This document shows, one piece after another, positions 36,992 through 46,982 of a stretch of DNA of 64,000 nucleotides. A program made the translations under genes and the position numbers. Each line of letters opens with the position of its first letter. The stretch's first letter is position 1. The DNA comes from an uncultured Armatimonadia bacterium (GTDB taxonomy: Bacteria > Armatimonadota > Zipacnadia > CAVVLO01), in contig CAVVLO010000002.1 in assembly GCA_963749155.1 (NCBI GenBank), positions 1,152,001 through 1,216,000 of the forward strand, in the 5' to 3' direction. The notes beneath the pieces are model-generated. The model worked only from the letters and a program-made list of their open reading frames with translations. It ran no database searches and had not been told where the DNA came from.

Positions 36992-37679
36992 GTGCCCCGC
37001 CTTCAGCAAATAGCTGCCAAACCGCATCCGCAATGAGCTTCATACCTGCATCATTGGGATGCGCTGCATCCGCAAAGAGTGCTGCGAAATCGCCTGTGGC
37101 TTGCACCCCCGCCGCCGTTGCCGCATAGGCATCTATTAGAGGCAGTCCCTTGCATTCGGCAACTCCGCGCAAGGCGTCGAGATAGTCTTCATAAGTGGCC
37201 TTGCCTTCTACTTGCTGGACTCGGCCGATGGTCCCTTTTAGAGGCCAGTTGGAATAGTCGGTTAGCAGGATGTTCTGCCTCATCAGTATCGGAAGCGCCT
37301 TCAATCCTTCGAGTTGCTCGAGGATGCGATCCAGATAGAAGAGATAGTCTTCTATCGGCACCTGGTTGCCACCGTGCCAGTCGTTGATGCCATAGGCAAT
37401 TATGACGCCCTGGGGCTTATGAACGGCAACTTCGGTTTCAAAATCCGCCCAGGCACCTTTCATAGTGCGCCCTCCAATACCGCTATTTACGACTCGGGCG
37501 TTCGGGTAGTGGAGATTGAGCAGTTCACGAAAAAGATTTACCCAGCTTCGCGCCAGCTTGTCTCCACGCGCATAGAGGCCAGATGCTGCCCCTCCAAAAG
37601 TAACGCTGTCACCAAAACAGACGATAGTGCCTCCCTCGGGAGAGGCAAGTTGGGCTTTCAATTCAGTCAGCGTATGCAT
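36987..37679 (-). CDS. SGNH/GDSL hydrolase
   Basis: FGDSVT, NSGIGG, YGIND and DAAHPN blocks. Alternative start at 37694. Confidence 0.9.
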   Translation of the reverse strand: MHTLTELKAQLASPEGGTIVCFGDSVTFGGAASGLYARGDKLARSWVNLFRELLNLHYPNARVVNSGIGGRTMKGAWADFETEVAVHKPQGVIIAYGINDWHGGNQVPIEDYLFYLDRILEQLEGLKALPILMRQNILLTDYSNWPLKGTIGRVQQVEGKATYEDYLDALRGVAECKGLPLIDAYAATAAGVQATGDFAALFADAAHPNDAGMKLIADAVWQLFAEGGAP

Positions 37680-37707
37680 CAAAAGGGCCTCCAAGCTTAC
37701 ATATATG

Positions 37708-38355
37708 TCAACTTCTGGCGGCGCAATACTGCAGGAAGTTCGTTACTACCCGGGCGCCATCTGGCATCTCGTCAGTGAAGTGCTCTGGGTGGAACTGCGT
37801 GCCAAAAAGAGGCAAGCGCTTATGACACATCGCCTGGATTGCCGCGCGCGAGTTCCAGGCTGTCACAATAAAGCCTGGGGGGATGGCCTTCAATTCTTCG
37901 AAGTGGTTCTGCCTGACCATCACCACAGGCCCAAGGCCACTGAACAAGGGATTATCAAGCCTGATTTTGACGGGGCAGTAACCATGCTCGCCAATACAGT
38001 CATCATGAGTGTACGCTTCGCCTTCAGGTTTGTTGCATTGCATCGGCGCGCAGCGAGTACCCAGTACCACACCGATAAGCTGATGACCGCCACAGATCCC
38101 AAGTACTGGGCAAGGGGGTTGCTGTACCAACCGGCGTGTGGGAGCAACCAATTCTTCGGTATATTCTTCCCATAGTGCACCAGAGCCGCTGTATATGATG
38201 CCTGTGGCCCTTTGTTCTCGCAGCCAGTCAGGTTCAGCCTGGGACAGATGGATGCCTCTGAAGCCTCTCCTGCCCAGACGTCCTAGCCCTTTCACCAGAT
38301 TATCGAAGCTTCCAGTCTTGGCAGGATCAGGTTCTGTGTTTACAGCAAACAGCAC
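37708..38355 (-). CDS. Class I glutamine amidotransferase (GMP-synthase-A-like)
   Basis: VLGICGGHQ and GTQFHPE carry the Cys-His-Glu triad. Confidence 0.9.
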   Translation of the reverse strand: MLFAVNTEPDPAKTGSFDNLVKGLGRLGRRGFRGIHLSQAEPDWLREQRATGIIYSGSGALWEEYTEELVAPTRRLVQQPPCPVLGICGGHQLIGVVLGTRCAPMQCNKPEGEAYTHDDCIGEHGYCPVKIRLDNPLFSGLGPVVMVRQNHFEELKAIPPGFIVTAWNSRAAIQAMCHKRLPLFGTQFHPEHFTDEMPDGARVVTNFLQYCAARS

Positions 38356-38356
38356 T

Positions 38357-39748
38357 TCAGCGCGCCTCCATAATCTTTCGATGGGCTATCCGACGTCCAA
38401 ATAGTATTGCAACCAGACCTGTCAAAGTTGGTATCAGGTGCCACCAGTAATTATCCACCCAGGCCAGTTGGGCCAAAGCCGATGAGGCGCTTAGCGAAGC
38501 CGGCAATTCGTCAAAGGCCGCTCGTAGAGGCTCCAGCGCCCACCAATAAAGCGGGGGGAAGAAAGCCAGTATGATTGCGCCAAACAAGACACATAAGAGT
38601 GTACGAGTGGGGACAGTCCGACCAGACTGGGTATCGATAGAGGTTGCTTGCCAAAGTATCATTGTGACTACAACGAGAATCATCCCGGCCAGCCAGGCAG
38701 CAAGTTTAGCCGCTGGCTCATGCCCCAGAGCGGTATTTGAAAGGGAGGCTATTGCCCACCAGGAAAAAGCTGTCCCAGGCCCAGTGAGCAAGAGAAGCAG
38801 CCATACACTACCAGCTGACCATCTCGAAAGAGATCCAGGCCATCTGGCTTCAACTCCAAGTAATAAAGTCCCCCCAAGCAACAGGCAAGCTGCGGCTCCC
38901 ACCGGACAATAACCTGGCACTGCCAGGGCGGCTGAGCCAATCAGCAGCAGTGCAGCTCCTGTCCCATCAAGTCTGCCTTTTGTATCCAGTGCCAAAACAA
39001 CTGCCACCAGGCCTAGCCCAAGGCCCCAGACCCAGGCTACCTCAAGAGGGGCTGCTCGCCGGGTGAACAGCGTCCAGGCTAGAACGAGAACGGGGATTGC
39101 CAGCGTTGCCAGCACGACTGGACGTTCGTCCGACGTCCATATCAAGGTGAGCCGAATGACCAGCCAAAACAGAAACAATCCCACAAAAAGAAACTGCATA
39201 CCAGGGAGGAGAGCTGACAGAGAAAACAGGGGTGCTCTTGCACCTAGCAGTATCAAAGGCAATCCAGCCACGAGCGCAAAGGTAACCGCCAGAAAATAAT
39301 GCCAGCCCTTGCTTGCTCGCCTGCGCTGCCAGGAGCCTGCCCAAAGAGCCACTTCTATCCAGAAAAGCTGCCAAAGGACGCTGGTGGATAACACCGCTGT
39401 AAGGGCAGCAGCAGCAGCCAGTGAAGGCAGAGCAAGAGCTTCTGGCTTGCGCACAAATAAAGGTATGAATGCCAGAATCAGCCAGGTTATCAGCCCTAGT
39501 GCTACTCGGAAACGCGAAAGCTCAAAACAGAAAGGTCCAAGCGCGGAGCCAATCCAGGCGAAGCCGGGAGCTTCTGCTCGTGTCAGCAGCAGCCCCCCTG
39601 CAAGCAAGATAAGACTAGCCATTACAAGTACTCTGGCCAGTGGTCGGTCTAACTCGACGTGGAAATCTTCTCTGAAGCATAAAAAACCTGCAGTCAGCCA
39701 GGCGCAGAAAAGGGCGCCAAGCGCCAGGGCGGTTCCAAAGGCAAGCAT
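38357..39748 (-). CDS. Polytopic membrane protein, possibly a diverged MrpD/NuoM-like subunit
   Basis: About 13 hydrophobic segments; strong AGGAGGAG ribosome-binding site. Confidence 0.7.
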   Translation of the reverse strand: MLAFGTALALGALFCAWLTAGFLCFREDFHVELDRPLARVLVMASLILLAGGLLLTRAEAPGFAWIGSALGPFCFELSRFRVALGLITWLILAFIPLFVRKPEALALPSLAAAAALTAVLSTSVLWQLFWIEVALWAGSWQRRRASKGWHYFLAVTFALVAGLPLILLGARAPLFSLSALLPGMQFLFVGLFLFWLVIRLTLIWTSDERPVVLATLAIPVLVLAWTLFTRRAAPLEVAWVWGLGLGLVAVVLALDTKGRLDGTGAALLLIGSAALAVPGYCPVGAAACLLLGGTLLLGVEARWPGSLSRWSAGSVWLLLLLTGPGTAFSWWAIASLSNTALGHEPAAKLAAWLAGMILVVVTMILWQATSIDTQSGRTVPTRTLLCVLFGAIILAFFPPLYWWALEPLRAAFDELPASLSASSALAQLAWVDNYWWHLIPTLTGLVAILFGRRIAHRKIMEAR

Positions 39749-39871
39749 GTATCTCCTCCTGTCCCCCTATTGTACCCTTTCCGCAAGCCTCCTGGCCCGT
39801 ATCTCCTGCCCTCGAGAGCACTCTTGGCACGCTACTTGCATAGCTTGCCCCTGGTGAAGCAAGCCATAACC

Positions 39872-39901
39872 TTGACCCGGCTTGCTAGCCCTTCTTATAA
39901 T
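39872..39901 (+). promoter_or_regulatory. Sigma70 promoter of the ahcY operon
   Basis: TTGACC, 18-bp spacer, TATAAT. Confidence 0.7.
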
Positions 39902-39933
39902 CCGCGTATCAGAGCGCCTCAGGGGGCAAAAGT

Positions 39934-41190
39934 ATGAAGTACGATGTGAAGAATCTGGGATTGGCAAGTCAGGGCAAGTTAAAAATCGAATGGGCTGCAA
40001 AGAATATGCAGGTGCTTGAACAATTGCGCGATGAGTTCGAAAAGGCGCAACCGCTTGCTGGCCAGCGTCTGGCGGCCTGCCTTCACGTTACTAGCGAGAC
40101 CGCTAACCTGATGCGCACCCTCAAAGCAGGTGGAGCCGAAGTTGCCCTTTGCGCTTCCAACCCACTTAGTACCCAGGATGATGTCGCGGCTTCTCTGGTT
40201 GCTGATTATGAGATTCCAACCTTTGCTATCAAAGGCGAAGACAATGCCACATACTATGAACACATACACGCCGCTCTCGAACTGGAGCCGACCCTCACAA
40301 TGGACGATGGCGCAGACCTCGTGACAATGCTCCATTCCGAGCGCAGAGAACTGCTGCCAGGCGTGCTTGGCGGCACTGAAGAGACCACTACAGGAGTTAT
40401 CCGCCTGCGCGCGATGGCAGCCGGCGAGGTACTGCAGTATCCCATCATCGCCGTCAACGACGCGATGACCAAGCATCTTTTTGACAACCGGTATGGCACT
40501 GGCCAGAGCACCATTGATGGCCTGCTGCGCGCTACCAATATGCTGATGGCTGGTAAAACTTTTGTCGTCTTCGGCTATGGGATGTGCGGGCGAGGTGTTG
40601 CGATGCGGGCCAGTGGTATGGGCGCCAAGGTCATCGTCTGCGAGGTTTCTCCTTTGATGGCGCTCGAAGCTGCGATGGATGGCTTCCGCGTGATGCCTTC
40701 CGAGGAGGCTGCGACAATTGGCGAGGTATTCGTTACCGTCACTGGAGACAAGCACGTGCTTGGGGGCAAGCATTTCGACAAGATGAAGGATGGCGCGATT
40801 CTAGGCAACTCGGGTCATTTCAATGTCGAGATAGACATACCTGCCCTCGAAGAACGCGCCCGCGCCAGGCGCAACATACGCCCCTTTGTGGACGAGTTTG
40901 AGATGCAGGATGGCAGGCGACTTTATCTGATCGCCGAGGGCCGACTGCTCAATCTGGCTGCGGCGGAAGGCCACCCCGCGGCTGTAATGGATATGAGCTT
41001 CGCCAATCAGGCGCTCAGCGCAGCCTATATGGCCGCGAAGGCAGGTCAGCTCGCACCTAAAGTCTATCCCGTGCCGACAGAGCTTGATGAGCGTATTGCC
41101 AGCCTCAAGCTTGAGACGATGGGCCTCCAAATCGATACGCTTACTCCTGAGCAAGTCAGTTATCTTGGTGAATGGCAAGAGGGGACTTGA
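39934..41190 (+). CDS. ahcY: Adenosylhomocysteinase
   Basis: [32 protein letters not shown] and [11 protein letters not shown]. Confidence 0.97.
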   Translation: MKYDVKNLGLASQGKLKIEWAAKNMQVLEQLRDEFEKAQPLAGQRLAACLHVTSETANLMRTLKAGGAEVALCASNPLSTQDDVAASLVADYEIPTFAIKGEDNATYYEHIHAALELEPTLTMDDGADLVTMLHSERRELLPGVLGGTEETTTGVIRLRAMAAGEVLQYPIIAVNDAMTKHLFDNRYGTGQSTIDGLLRATNMLMAGKTFVVFGYGMCGRGVAMRASGMGAKVIVCEVSPLMALEAAMDGFRVMPSEEAATIGEVFVTVTGDKHVLGGKHFDKMKDGAILGNSGHFNVEIDIPALEERARARRNIRPFVDEFEMQDGRRLYLIAEGRLLNLAAAEGHPAAVMDMSFANQALSAAYMAAKAGQLAPKVYPVPTELDERIASLKLETMGLQIDTLTPEQVSYLGEWQEGT

Positions 41191-41987
41191 TGGAGTCATC
41201 CAGTCCAGCTGGCACGCCTGCGTTCGAGACAGCCGAGTTGTTTGGGCTGCCGCTTGCGCGCGTGACTTTTCGCGAAGCTCTGGGGCTTTGTAAAAGCTGG
41301 CTGAAGGAGTCTACTCCCCACCATATCATCACTGCAGATGCCACGATGGTGCTTGAAGCGCTTGATGATGCTCGTTTGAAGGAGCTCCTCGCGCGCGCTG
41401 CGCTCATAGTGCCTGATGGCTTTGGGGTGGTGTGGGCTGCTCGCCGGCTTGGGATGCAACTGCCCGAAAGAGTGCCTGGCTGCGAACTGGCAGAACGCCT
41501 TTGCATCGAGACTGCCGATCTTGGTACCCGATTCTACTTTTTAGGGGGAGCGCCCGGCGTTGCCGCAGAAGCAGCCGAACGCTTGAAAGAGAAGTATCCA
41601 ACCCTTCAGATCGTTGGCACCAGGCATGGTTATTTCACCGAGCAGGAAGAATCCGAGATCGTCACCGAGATCGTTGCTCTCAGGCCAGATGTCCTGTATT
41701 GCGCCCTGGGCATTCCCAAACAAGAGTTTTTTATCGCCAAATATGCCAATCAGCTTGGGGCAAAGTTGCTGATGGGAGTTGGCGGTACGCTGGATGTTCT
41801 TAGCGGCCGAGTAAAGCGCGCGCCCAGACTTTTACAGAATCTTCACCTTGAGTGGCTGTATCGCACGCTTGGCCAACCGCGCAAGCGCCTTCCGCGTGCC
41901 CTAAAACTTGCGCGACTTGTCTGGCTTACCGCCCAGGAGCGCAGGCGTATAGGCCAGACGCAGAAGGAGCAACCTGCTGATGGCTGA
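41190..41987 (+). CDS. WecB/TagA/CpsF-family glycosyltransferase
   Basis: VPDGFGV, ERVPG, HGYF, LGIPKQE and LEWLYR. Confidence 0.93.
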   Translation: MESSSPAGTPAFETAELFGLPLARVTFREALGLCKSWLKESTPHHIITADATMVLEALDDARLKELLARAALIVPDGFGVVWAARRLGMQLPERVPGCELAERLCIETADLGTRFYFLGGAPGVAAEAAERLKEKYPTLQIVGTRHGYFTEQEESEIVTEIVALRPDVLYCALGIPKQEFFIAKYANQLGAKLLMGVGGTLDVLSGRVKRAPRLLQNLHLEWLYRTLGQPRKRLPRALKLARLVWLTAQERRRIGQTQKEQPADG

Positions 41988-42906
41988 ACTGCTCGTGGTA
42001 GGCTCTGTTGGACTCGACACCGTCATCACGCCCTCGGGTGAGGCGCGCGGAGTACTCGGAGGCGCAGCTGTCTATGCCAGTCTGGCTGCGGCTATTTACA
42101 CCCGCCCCTATCTTGTAGGCCCTCTTGGCAATGATTTCCCACGGGCTGACGAGGCGTTGCTTGCTGCCCACGGAGTCGACCTCTCCCACGCCCAGCGCGT
42201 TGAAGCCCCAACCTTCCGCTGGACAGGCAGCTACGAGGGAGACTTGAATGAAGCCATCACTCACGTTACCGAGCTCAATGCCCTGGCTACTTTCAATCCA
42301 GTATTACCTGAGGAATTGCGTCGCAGCCGGTATGTCTTCCTGGCAAATCTTGATCCCGACCTGCAAATTGCCGTGCTTGAGCAACTCGAGGCGCCCGAGC
42401 TAGTTGCTGCGGACACGATGAATTTCTGGATCACCAGCAAACCTGAAGCAGTGCGGCAGGTGCTTTCCAAAGTTGATATGGTCTTGATGAATGATGCTGA
42501 AACCCGGATGTGGACCGGCGCCGAGAACCTCGTCGAGGCCTCTCGCCTGTTGATGCAGCAAGGGCCCCGCTATGTCTTTATCAAGAAAGGCGCTAACGGC
42601 CTGGCAGCGTATGGCCCTTGGGGTACTTTTGCTGCGCCCGCTTATCCCTTGCTGGAAGTCTATGATCCAACGGGTGCAGGAGACAGTTTCGCTGGCGCTT
42701 TGATGGGTTATCTGGCCGCCCGTGAAGACCTCAGTGATGTGACGATGCGCCAGGGAGCCATTGTAGGTAGCGCTGTCGCCAGCTTTACCGTCGAAGATTT
42801 CAGTGTGAACCGCCTGGCCCACGTGACAAAAGACCAGGTCCTTGCTCGTGCTCGCGATTTCCAACAGATGACTGCCTTCACTCTGCCGGAAGAGGAGGTC
42901 CACTGA
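41980..42906 (+). CDS. PfkB-family sugar or nucleoside kinase
   Basis: VVGSVGLD, DTMNFWI and DPTGAGDSFAG. Confidence 0.9.
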   Translation: MAELLVVGSVGLDTVITPSGEARGVLGGAAVYASLAAAIYTRPYLVGPLGNDFPRADEALLAAHGVDLSHAQRVEAPTFRWTGSYEGDLNEAITHVTELNALATFNPVLPEELRRSRYVFLANLDPDLQIAVLEQLEAPELVAADTMNFWITSKPEAVRQVLSKVDMVLMNDAETRMWTGAENLVEASRLLMQQGPRYVFIKKGANGLAAYGPWGTFAAPAYPLLEVYDPTGAGDSFAGALMGYLAAREDLSDVTMRQGAIVGSAVASFTVEDFSVNRLAHVTKDQVLARARDFQQMTAFTLPEEEVH

Positions 42907-43883
42907 TGCTTGAAGCCATAAGTATGGGAGAAGCTTTGATTGACTTCGTTGCGCTGGAATCAGGCATAAAGCTGAGTGAGGCGGCCGCCTTTAAACGGGC
43001 CCCTGGTGGCGCTCCTGCCAATGTGGCGGCGGCTCTGGCGAAACTTGGTTTTTCTGCTGCTTTCCTGGGCCAGGTTGGCGAGGATCCCTTTGGGCGTTTC
43101 CTTGAACAGACTTTGGCTGATGCCGGCGTAGACACCTCTCTGATGGCTTTCTCTGCTGAAGCACGAACCGGGCTAGCCTTTGTCTCCCTGACTGCCGAGG
43201 GAGTGCCAGACTTCGTCTTCTTCCGCAATCCTAGTGCCGACATCACTTTCCGGCCCGAGCAACTCGACCTGGAGGTGCTCTCGGCCTGTCAGGTCTTCCA
43301 TTTCGGTTCTATCACTTTGATAGAAGAACCTGTGCGCGCAACGACGCTTACCGCCCTGCAGCACGCAGTTAAGTGCGGAGCGCTAATCTCATATGATCCT
43401 AACCTGCGTCCTGCTTTATGGAGTGACCTGGACAGGGCGCGCGAGGTTATGCAGAGTGTCCTGCCCGACGTCGATATTCTAAAAGTCTCGGAAGAAGAAC
43501 TCTTTTTCCTGACTGGCGAAAAAGACTTGCCCCAGGGCGCCCAACTGCTCCTCGACCAGGGGCCAGCCGTGGTGCTTGTCACGCAGGGGGCCGCTGGCTC
43601 GCATGCCTATGCGCTTGGCGACCGTCAGGCTTTTGCCCCGGCCTATAAAGTAGAAGTCGTAGATACTACTGGCTGTGGTGATGCTTTCGTGGCCGGTACG
43701 CTACGTTTCCTGATGAAGGAGCGTGGCTGTCTGGATAGAGATGCTCTGTTTGCTTTGCGCACTGCGGATTGGGAGCAGTGCCTGCTCTTCGCCAACGCCG
43801 TTGCGGGGCTGACCGCTCGTGAACGCGGAGCCATAAATGCCTTGCCTGGATTAGCCGATGTTCGAGCTTTTCTCCAAGGCTGA
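42906..43883 (+). CDS. Fructokinase-like PfkB kinase
   Basis: GEALIDF, PGGAPANVA, YDPNLRPALW and DTTGCGDAF. Confidence 0.9.
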   Translation: MLEAISMGEALIDFVALESGIKLSEAAAFKRAPGGAPANVAAALAKLGFSAAFLGQVGEDPFGRFLEQTLADAGVDTSLMAFSAEARTGLAFVSLTAEGVPDFVFFRNPSADITFRPEQLDLEVLSACQVFHFGSITLIEEPVRATTLTALQHAVKCGALISYDPNLRPALWSDLDRAREVMQSVLPDVDILKVSEEELFFLTGEKDLPQGAQLLLDQGPAVVLVTQGAAGSHAYALGDRQAFAPAYKVEVVDTTGCGDAFVAGTLRFLMKERGCLDRDALFALRTADWEQCLLFANAVAGLTARERGAINALPGLADVRAFLQG

Positions 43884-43942
43884 AACAACTTGCCCTCGTC
43901 TGCTAAGATAGGGGTTCCACACAAATCCGGGAGGAAATAACG

Positions 43943-44881
43943 ATGCTTGTTCCAATGAAAGTCCTGCTCGAAGCCGCCGAAGCTGGCAACTACGCCATCG
44001 GCGCCTTCAATGTAATGAACATGGAGATCGTCGAAGCCGCGCTAATGGCCGCCGAGGCCGAACAGGCTCCAATTATTCTTCAGGTTACCCAGACTAGCAC
44101 TGACTACACCAACATCCGCACCGTACATGCCATCATCGAGGAAATCGCGAGCCGTACCTGGCTGCCCATCGCCACCAACCTCGATCACGGCAAAAGCTTT
44201 GACTGGGCCGTCCGGTTCATCCGGGCTGGTTTTACCTCAGTTATGATTGATGGTTCGAAATTCAGTTTCGACGAGAACGTCGCCCTCACCCAGAAAGTCA
44301 TCGAAGCTGCCCATGCTTGCGGGGTCAGTGTCGAAGCTGAGCTTGGTGTACTTGGCGCGCTGGCGGATATGACCGAAGAAGAAAAGGCTGCCGCTCTCAC
44401 CAAGCCTGAGGATGCCGCCCGATTTGTAGAACTTACCGGTGTAGACGCGCTCGCGGTCTCAATCGGCACCAAACACGGCCCTTACAAGGGCAAGCCTGAA
44501 CTGGCTTTCGACCGCCTGGCTGAAATCAACGCGGCTACTGATTGCCCCCTGGTTATGCATGGCGGGACTGGCGTGCCGGACGAGCATGTCCAGCAGGGCA
44601 TCTCGCTTGGTATCCGCAAAATCAACATCGATACTCAGATCCGCCAGGGCTTCCGGGCTGGCATCGACAAGGCTTTGGCCGAAGACGCAAAGGTCTACGA
44701 TCCGCGTAAGCTCCTCATCCCTGCTCGCGACGCGATGGTCGAGGCCATCCGAGACCGTATCCAGTGCTTCGGCACCAGTGGCAAGGGCAAGCATGCTCTC
44801 GATGTCGCAACCAGGTCGCATGTAGCTTTCCCCGAGCTCGTTGAAAAAGTATCTGATCCTAGCGATCCAGGCCAGGAGTGA
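43943..44881 (+). CDS. fba: Class II fructose-bisphosphate aldolase
   Basis: GAFN, LDHG, SVMIDGS, VEAELG, GTKHG, MHGGTG and KINIDT. Confidence 0.92.
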   Translation: MLVPMKVLLEAAEAGNYAIGAFNVMNMEIVEAALMAAEAEQAPIILQVTQTSTDYTNIRTVHAIIEEIASRTWLPIATNLDHGKSFDWAVRFIRAGFTSVMIDGSKFSFDENVALTQKVIEAAHACGVSVEAELGVLGALADMTEEEKAAALTKPEDAARFVELTGVDALAVSIGTKHGPYKGKPELAFDRLAEINAATDCPLVMHGGTGVPDEHVQQGISLGIRKINIDTQIRQGFRAGIDKALAEDAKVYDPRKLLIPARDAMVEAIRDRIQCFGTSGKGKHALDVATRSHVAFPELVEKVSDPSDPGQE

Positions 44882-44886
44882 GTAAT

Positions 44887-45927
44887 ATGGCAGACATCAA
44901 ACGTATCGGTGTACTGACCGGTGGCGGAGACTGCCCCGGCCTCAATCCTGCTATCCGGGGCGTCGTAATGCGCGCCTTCGATTATGGTTGGGAAGTCCAG
45001 GGTTTCAGGCGTGGCTGGGCTGGTCTGACCGAAGATATTCCCACTCCACTCAGCATCGACATCGTCGATGAGATCATCGACAAGGGTGGCACTATCCTGG
45101 GTTCGAGTCGGACCAATCCTTACAAGATGGAAGGAGGCCCAGAGCTCTGTCTGGCCACCCTCAAGCGTCATAACATCGATGCCCTCGTGGCGATTGGCGG
45201 CGACGATACACTGAGCGTCGCGGCCAAGCTCTGGAATGTCGAGCACTTCCCAACCGTGGGCGTTCCAAAGACGATGGACAACGATCTGTCAGGCACCGAT
45301 TATACTTTCGGTTATGACACCGCTGTCCAGATTGCCGTCGAAGCTGTCGGGCGCCTGCGCGATACCGCCAAGTCTCACGAGCGCGTACTGGTCCTCGAAG
45401 TAATGGGGCGCCACGCGGGCTGGGTGGCCTGGGCAACAGGCCTTGCCGGGGCCGCTGACTGGACCTTGGTCCCTGAGGAGAAGCCCGACTGGGAAGCTAT
45501 GGCTGCCCATATGCGGAAGCTGAAGGCTCGTGGCCAGAATTACGCCATCATCGTTGCTTCTGAGGGTATCGAGTTGCCTTGCGATGATAACGAAGATTGT
45601 GAACTTGACGCTTTTGGGCACAAGCGCCTCATCAAACGGGGCGTGGGCGAATATGTCGCCACTTACCTCGAAGAGCAGACAGGCATGGAAAGCCGGTTCG
45701 CAGTCATCGGTCATATGCAGCGTGGTGGCCCGCCCACTGCGTTTGACAGGATCCTCGGCACCCGAGTTGGAGTTGCTGCTGCCGACTTCCTGAGCCAGGG
45801 CAAGTTTGGCTCGATGGCTGCCTTGCAAGGCACCGAGATTGTCGCTGTAGATATCAGCCACGCCTCGGGCGTTACCAAAACGGTCCCTCAGGACTGTCTC
45901 GAGCTCATGAGAGTCTTCTTCAAATAA
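44887..45927 (+). CDS. pfp: Phosphofructokinase with a PPi-type signature
   Basis: TGGGDCPGLN, GGDDT, PKTMDND and EVMGR. Confidence 0.85.
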   Translation: MADIKRIGVLTGGGDCPGLNPAIRGVVMRAFDYGWEVQGFRRGWAGLTEDIPTPLSIDIVDEIIDKGGTILGSSRTNPYKMEGGPELCLATLKRHNIDALVAIGGDDTLSVAAKLWNVEHFPTVGVPKTMDNDLSGTDYTFGYDTAVQIAVEAVGRLRDTAKSHERVLVLEVMGRHAGWVAWATGLAGAADWTLVPEEKPDWEAMAAHMRKLKARGQNYAIIVASEGIELPCDDNEDCELDAFGHKRLIKRGVGEYVATYLEEQTGMESRFAVIGHMQRGGPPTAFDRILGTRVGVAAADFLSQGKFGSMAALQGTEIVAVDISHASGVTKTVPQDCLELMRVFFK

Positions 45928-45942
45928 ACAAACCGCAGCACT

Positions 45943-45980
45943 AGCGCCGTCGTGGTGAGTTACCGCGGCGGCGCTTATTT
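45943..45980 (+). terminator. Hairpin or terminator between the two PFK genes
   Basis: agcgccgtcgtggtga-gt-taccgcggcggcgct followed by tatttcttct. Confidence 0.65.
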
Positions 45981-46002
45981 CTTCTCGGGAAGTGAGCTAG
46001 CT

Positions 46003-46971
46003 ATGACCCTCTCGCGTCTGGGGCTCCTTACCAGTGGGGGCGATGCTCCTGGCATGAATTGTGCAATCCGCGCCGTTGTGAGGACTGCCAATACTCGAGG
46101 CCTGGAAGTTGTGGGAATCCGACGCGGTTACCAGGGACTGGTGGATGACGACTTGTTCCCAATGGATCGCTCCTCTGTCTCGGGCATCATTATGCGCGGA
46201 GGGACAGTACTCAAGACCGCCCGCTGCAAAGAATTCCATACCCCGGAAGGCCGGGAGCGCGCTTACACTACAATGCGGAAACACGACCTTGGGGGACTTA
46301 TTGTCATCGGTGGAGATGGCTCTTTCCGAGGCGGCCTCGATATCGTAAGAGAAACCGACTTCCAGGTTATTGGTATCCCCGGCAGTATCGACAACGATAT
46401 CGCTGGCAGTGACTATTCTATCGGCTTCGATACCGCGGTTATGAATGCCTTGATGGATATCGACAAGGTGCGCGATACCGCTGAATCTCATGGGCGCATC
46501 TTTGTTGTCGAGGTTATGGGCCGCGAATGTGGCTTCCTTGCTGCCCATGTTGCCGTGGCAGCAGGCGCCGAGGATGTCCTCATCCCAGAGATCAAACTGG
46601 ACCTTGACCAGGTGGTTGAAAGGCTCAAGCGAGGGATAGAGCGCGGTAAACACTCCTATATCATCGTCGTGGCAGAGGGTGCGGCTCGCAGTTATGATGT
46701 CGCTAGTTTTATTACTGAACAGACTGGTCGCGAAACGCGCGTAGTCGTGCTCGGTCATGTGCAACGTGGAGGCTCGCCAACCGCCACCGACCGACTGAAG
46801 GCCTCCCGTATGGGCGAACTGGCAGTTGAAGCCCTTCTCGCCGGTCAATCGGGCAAGATGATCGCCTCAGATGGCGACCGCCTCGTATTGAAACCGCTTT
46901 CTGGCAATGCGGAAACCGATCTGGCTCTCTTCCAGGAACTTGTCAAATTGGTCGAAACTCTGGGTAGTTAG
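46003..46971 (+). CDS. pfkA: ATP-dependent 6-phosphofructokinase
   Basis: TSGGDAPGMN, GGDGS, PGSIDND and LGHVQRGG. Confidence 0.93.
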   Translation: MTLSRLGLLTSGGDAPGMNCAIRAVVRTANTRGLEVVGIRRGYQGLVDDDLFPMDRSSVSGIIMRGGTVLKTARCKEFHTPEGRERAYTTMRKHDLGGLIVIGGDGSFRGGLDIVRETDFQVIGIPGSIDNDIAGSDYSIGFDTAVMNALMDIDKVRDTAESHGRIFVVEVMGRECGFLAAHVAVAAGAEDVLIPEIKLDLDQVVERLKRGIERGKHSYIIVVAEGAARSYDVASFITEQTGRETRVVVLGHVQRGGSPTATDRLKASRMGELAVEALLAGQSGKMIASDGDRLVLKPLSGNAETDLALFQELVKLVETLGS

Positions 46972-46982
46972 GAGAATATCGT

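Noticed and set aside
39750..39933. SAH or SAM riboswitch upstream of ahcY
   Set aside because: No consensus elements, and the promoter leaves a leader of only about 25 nt.
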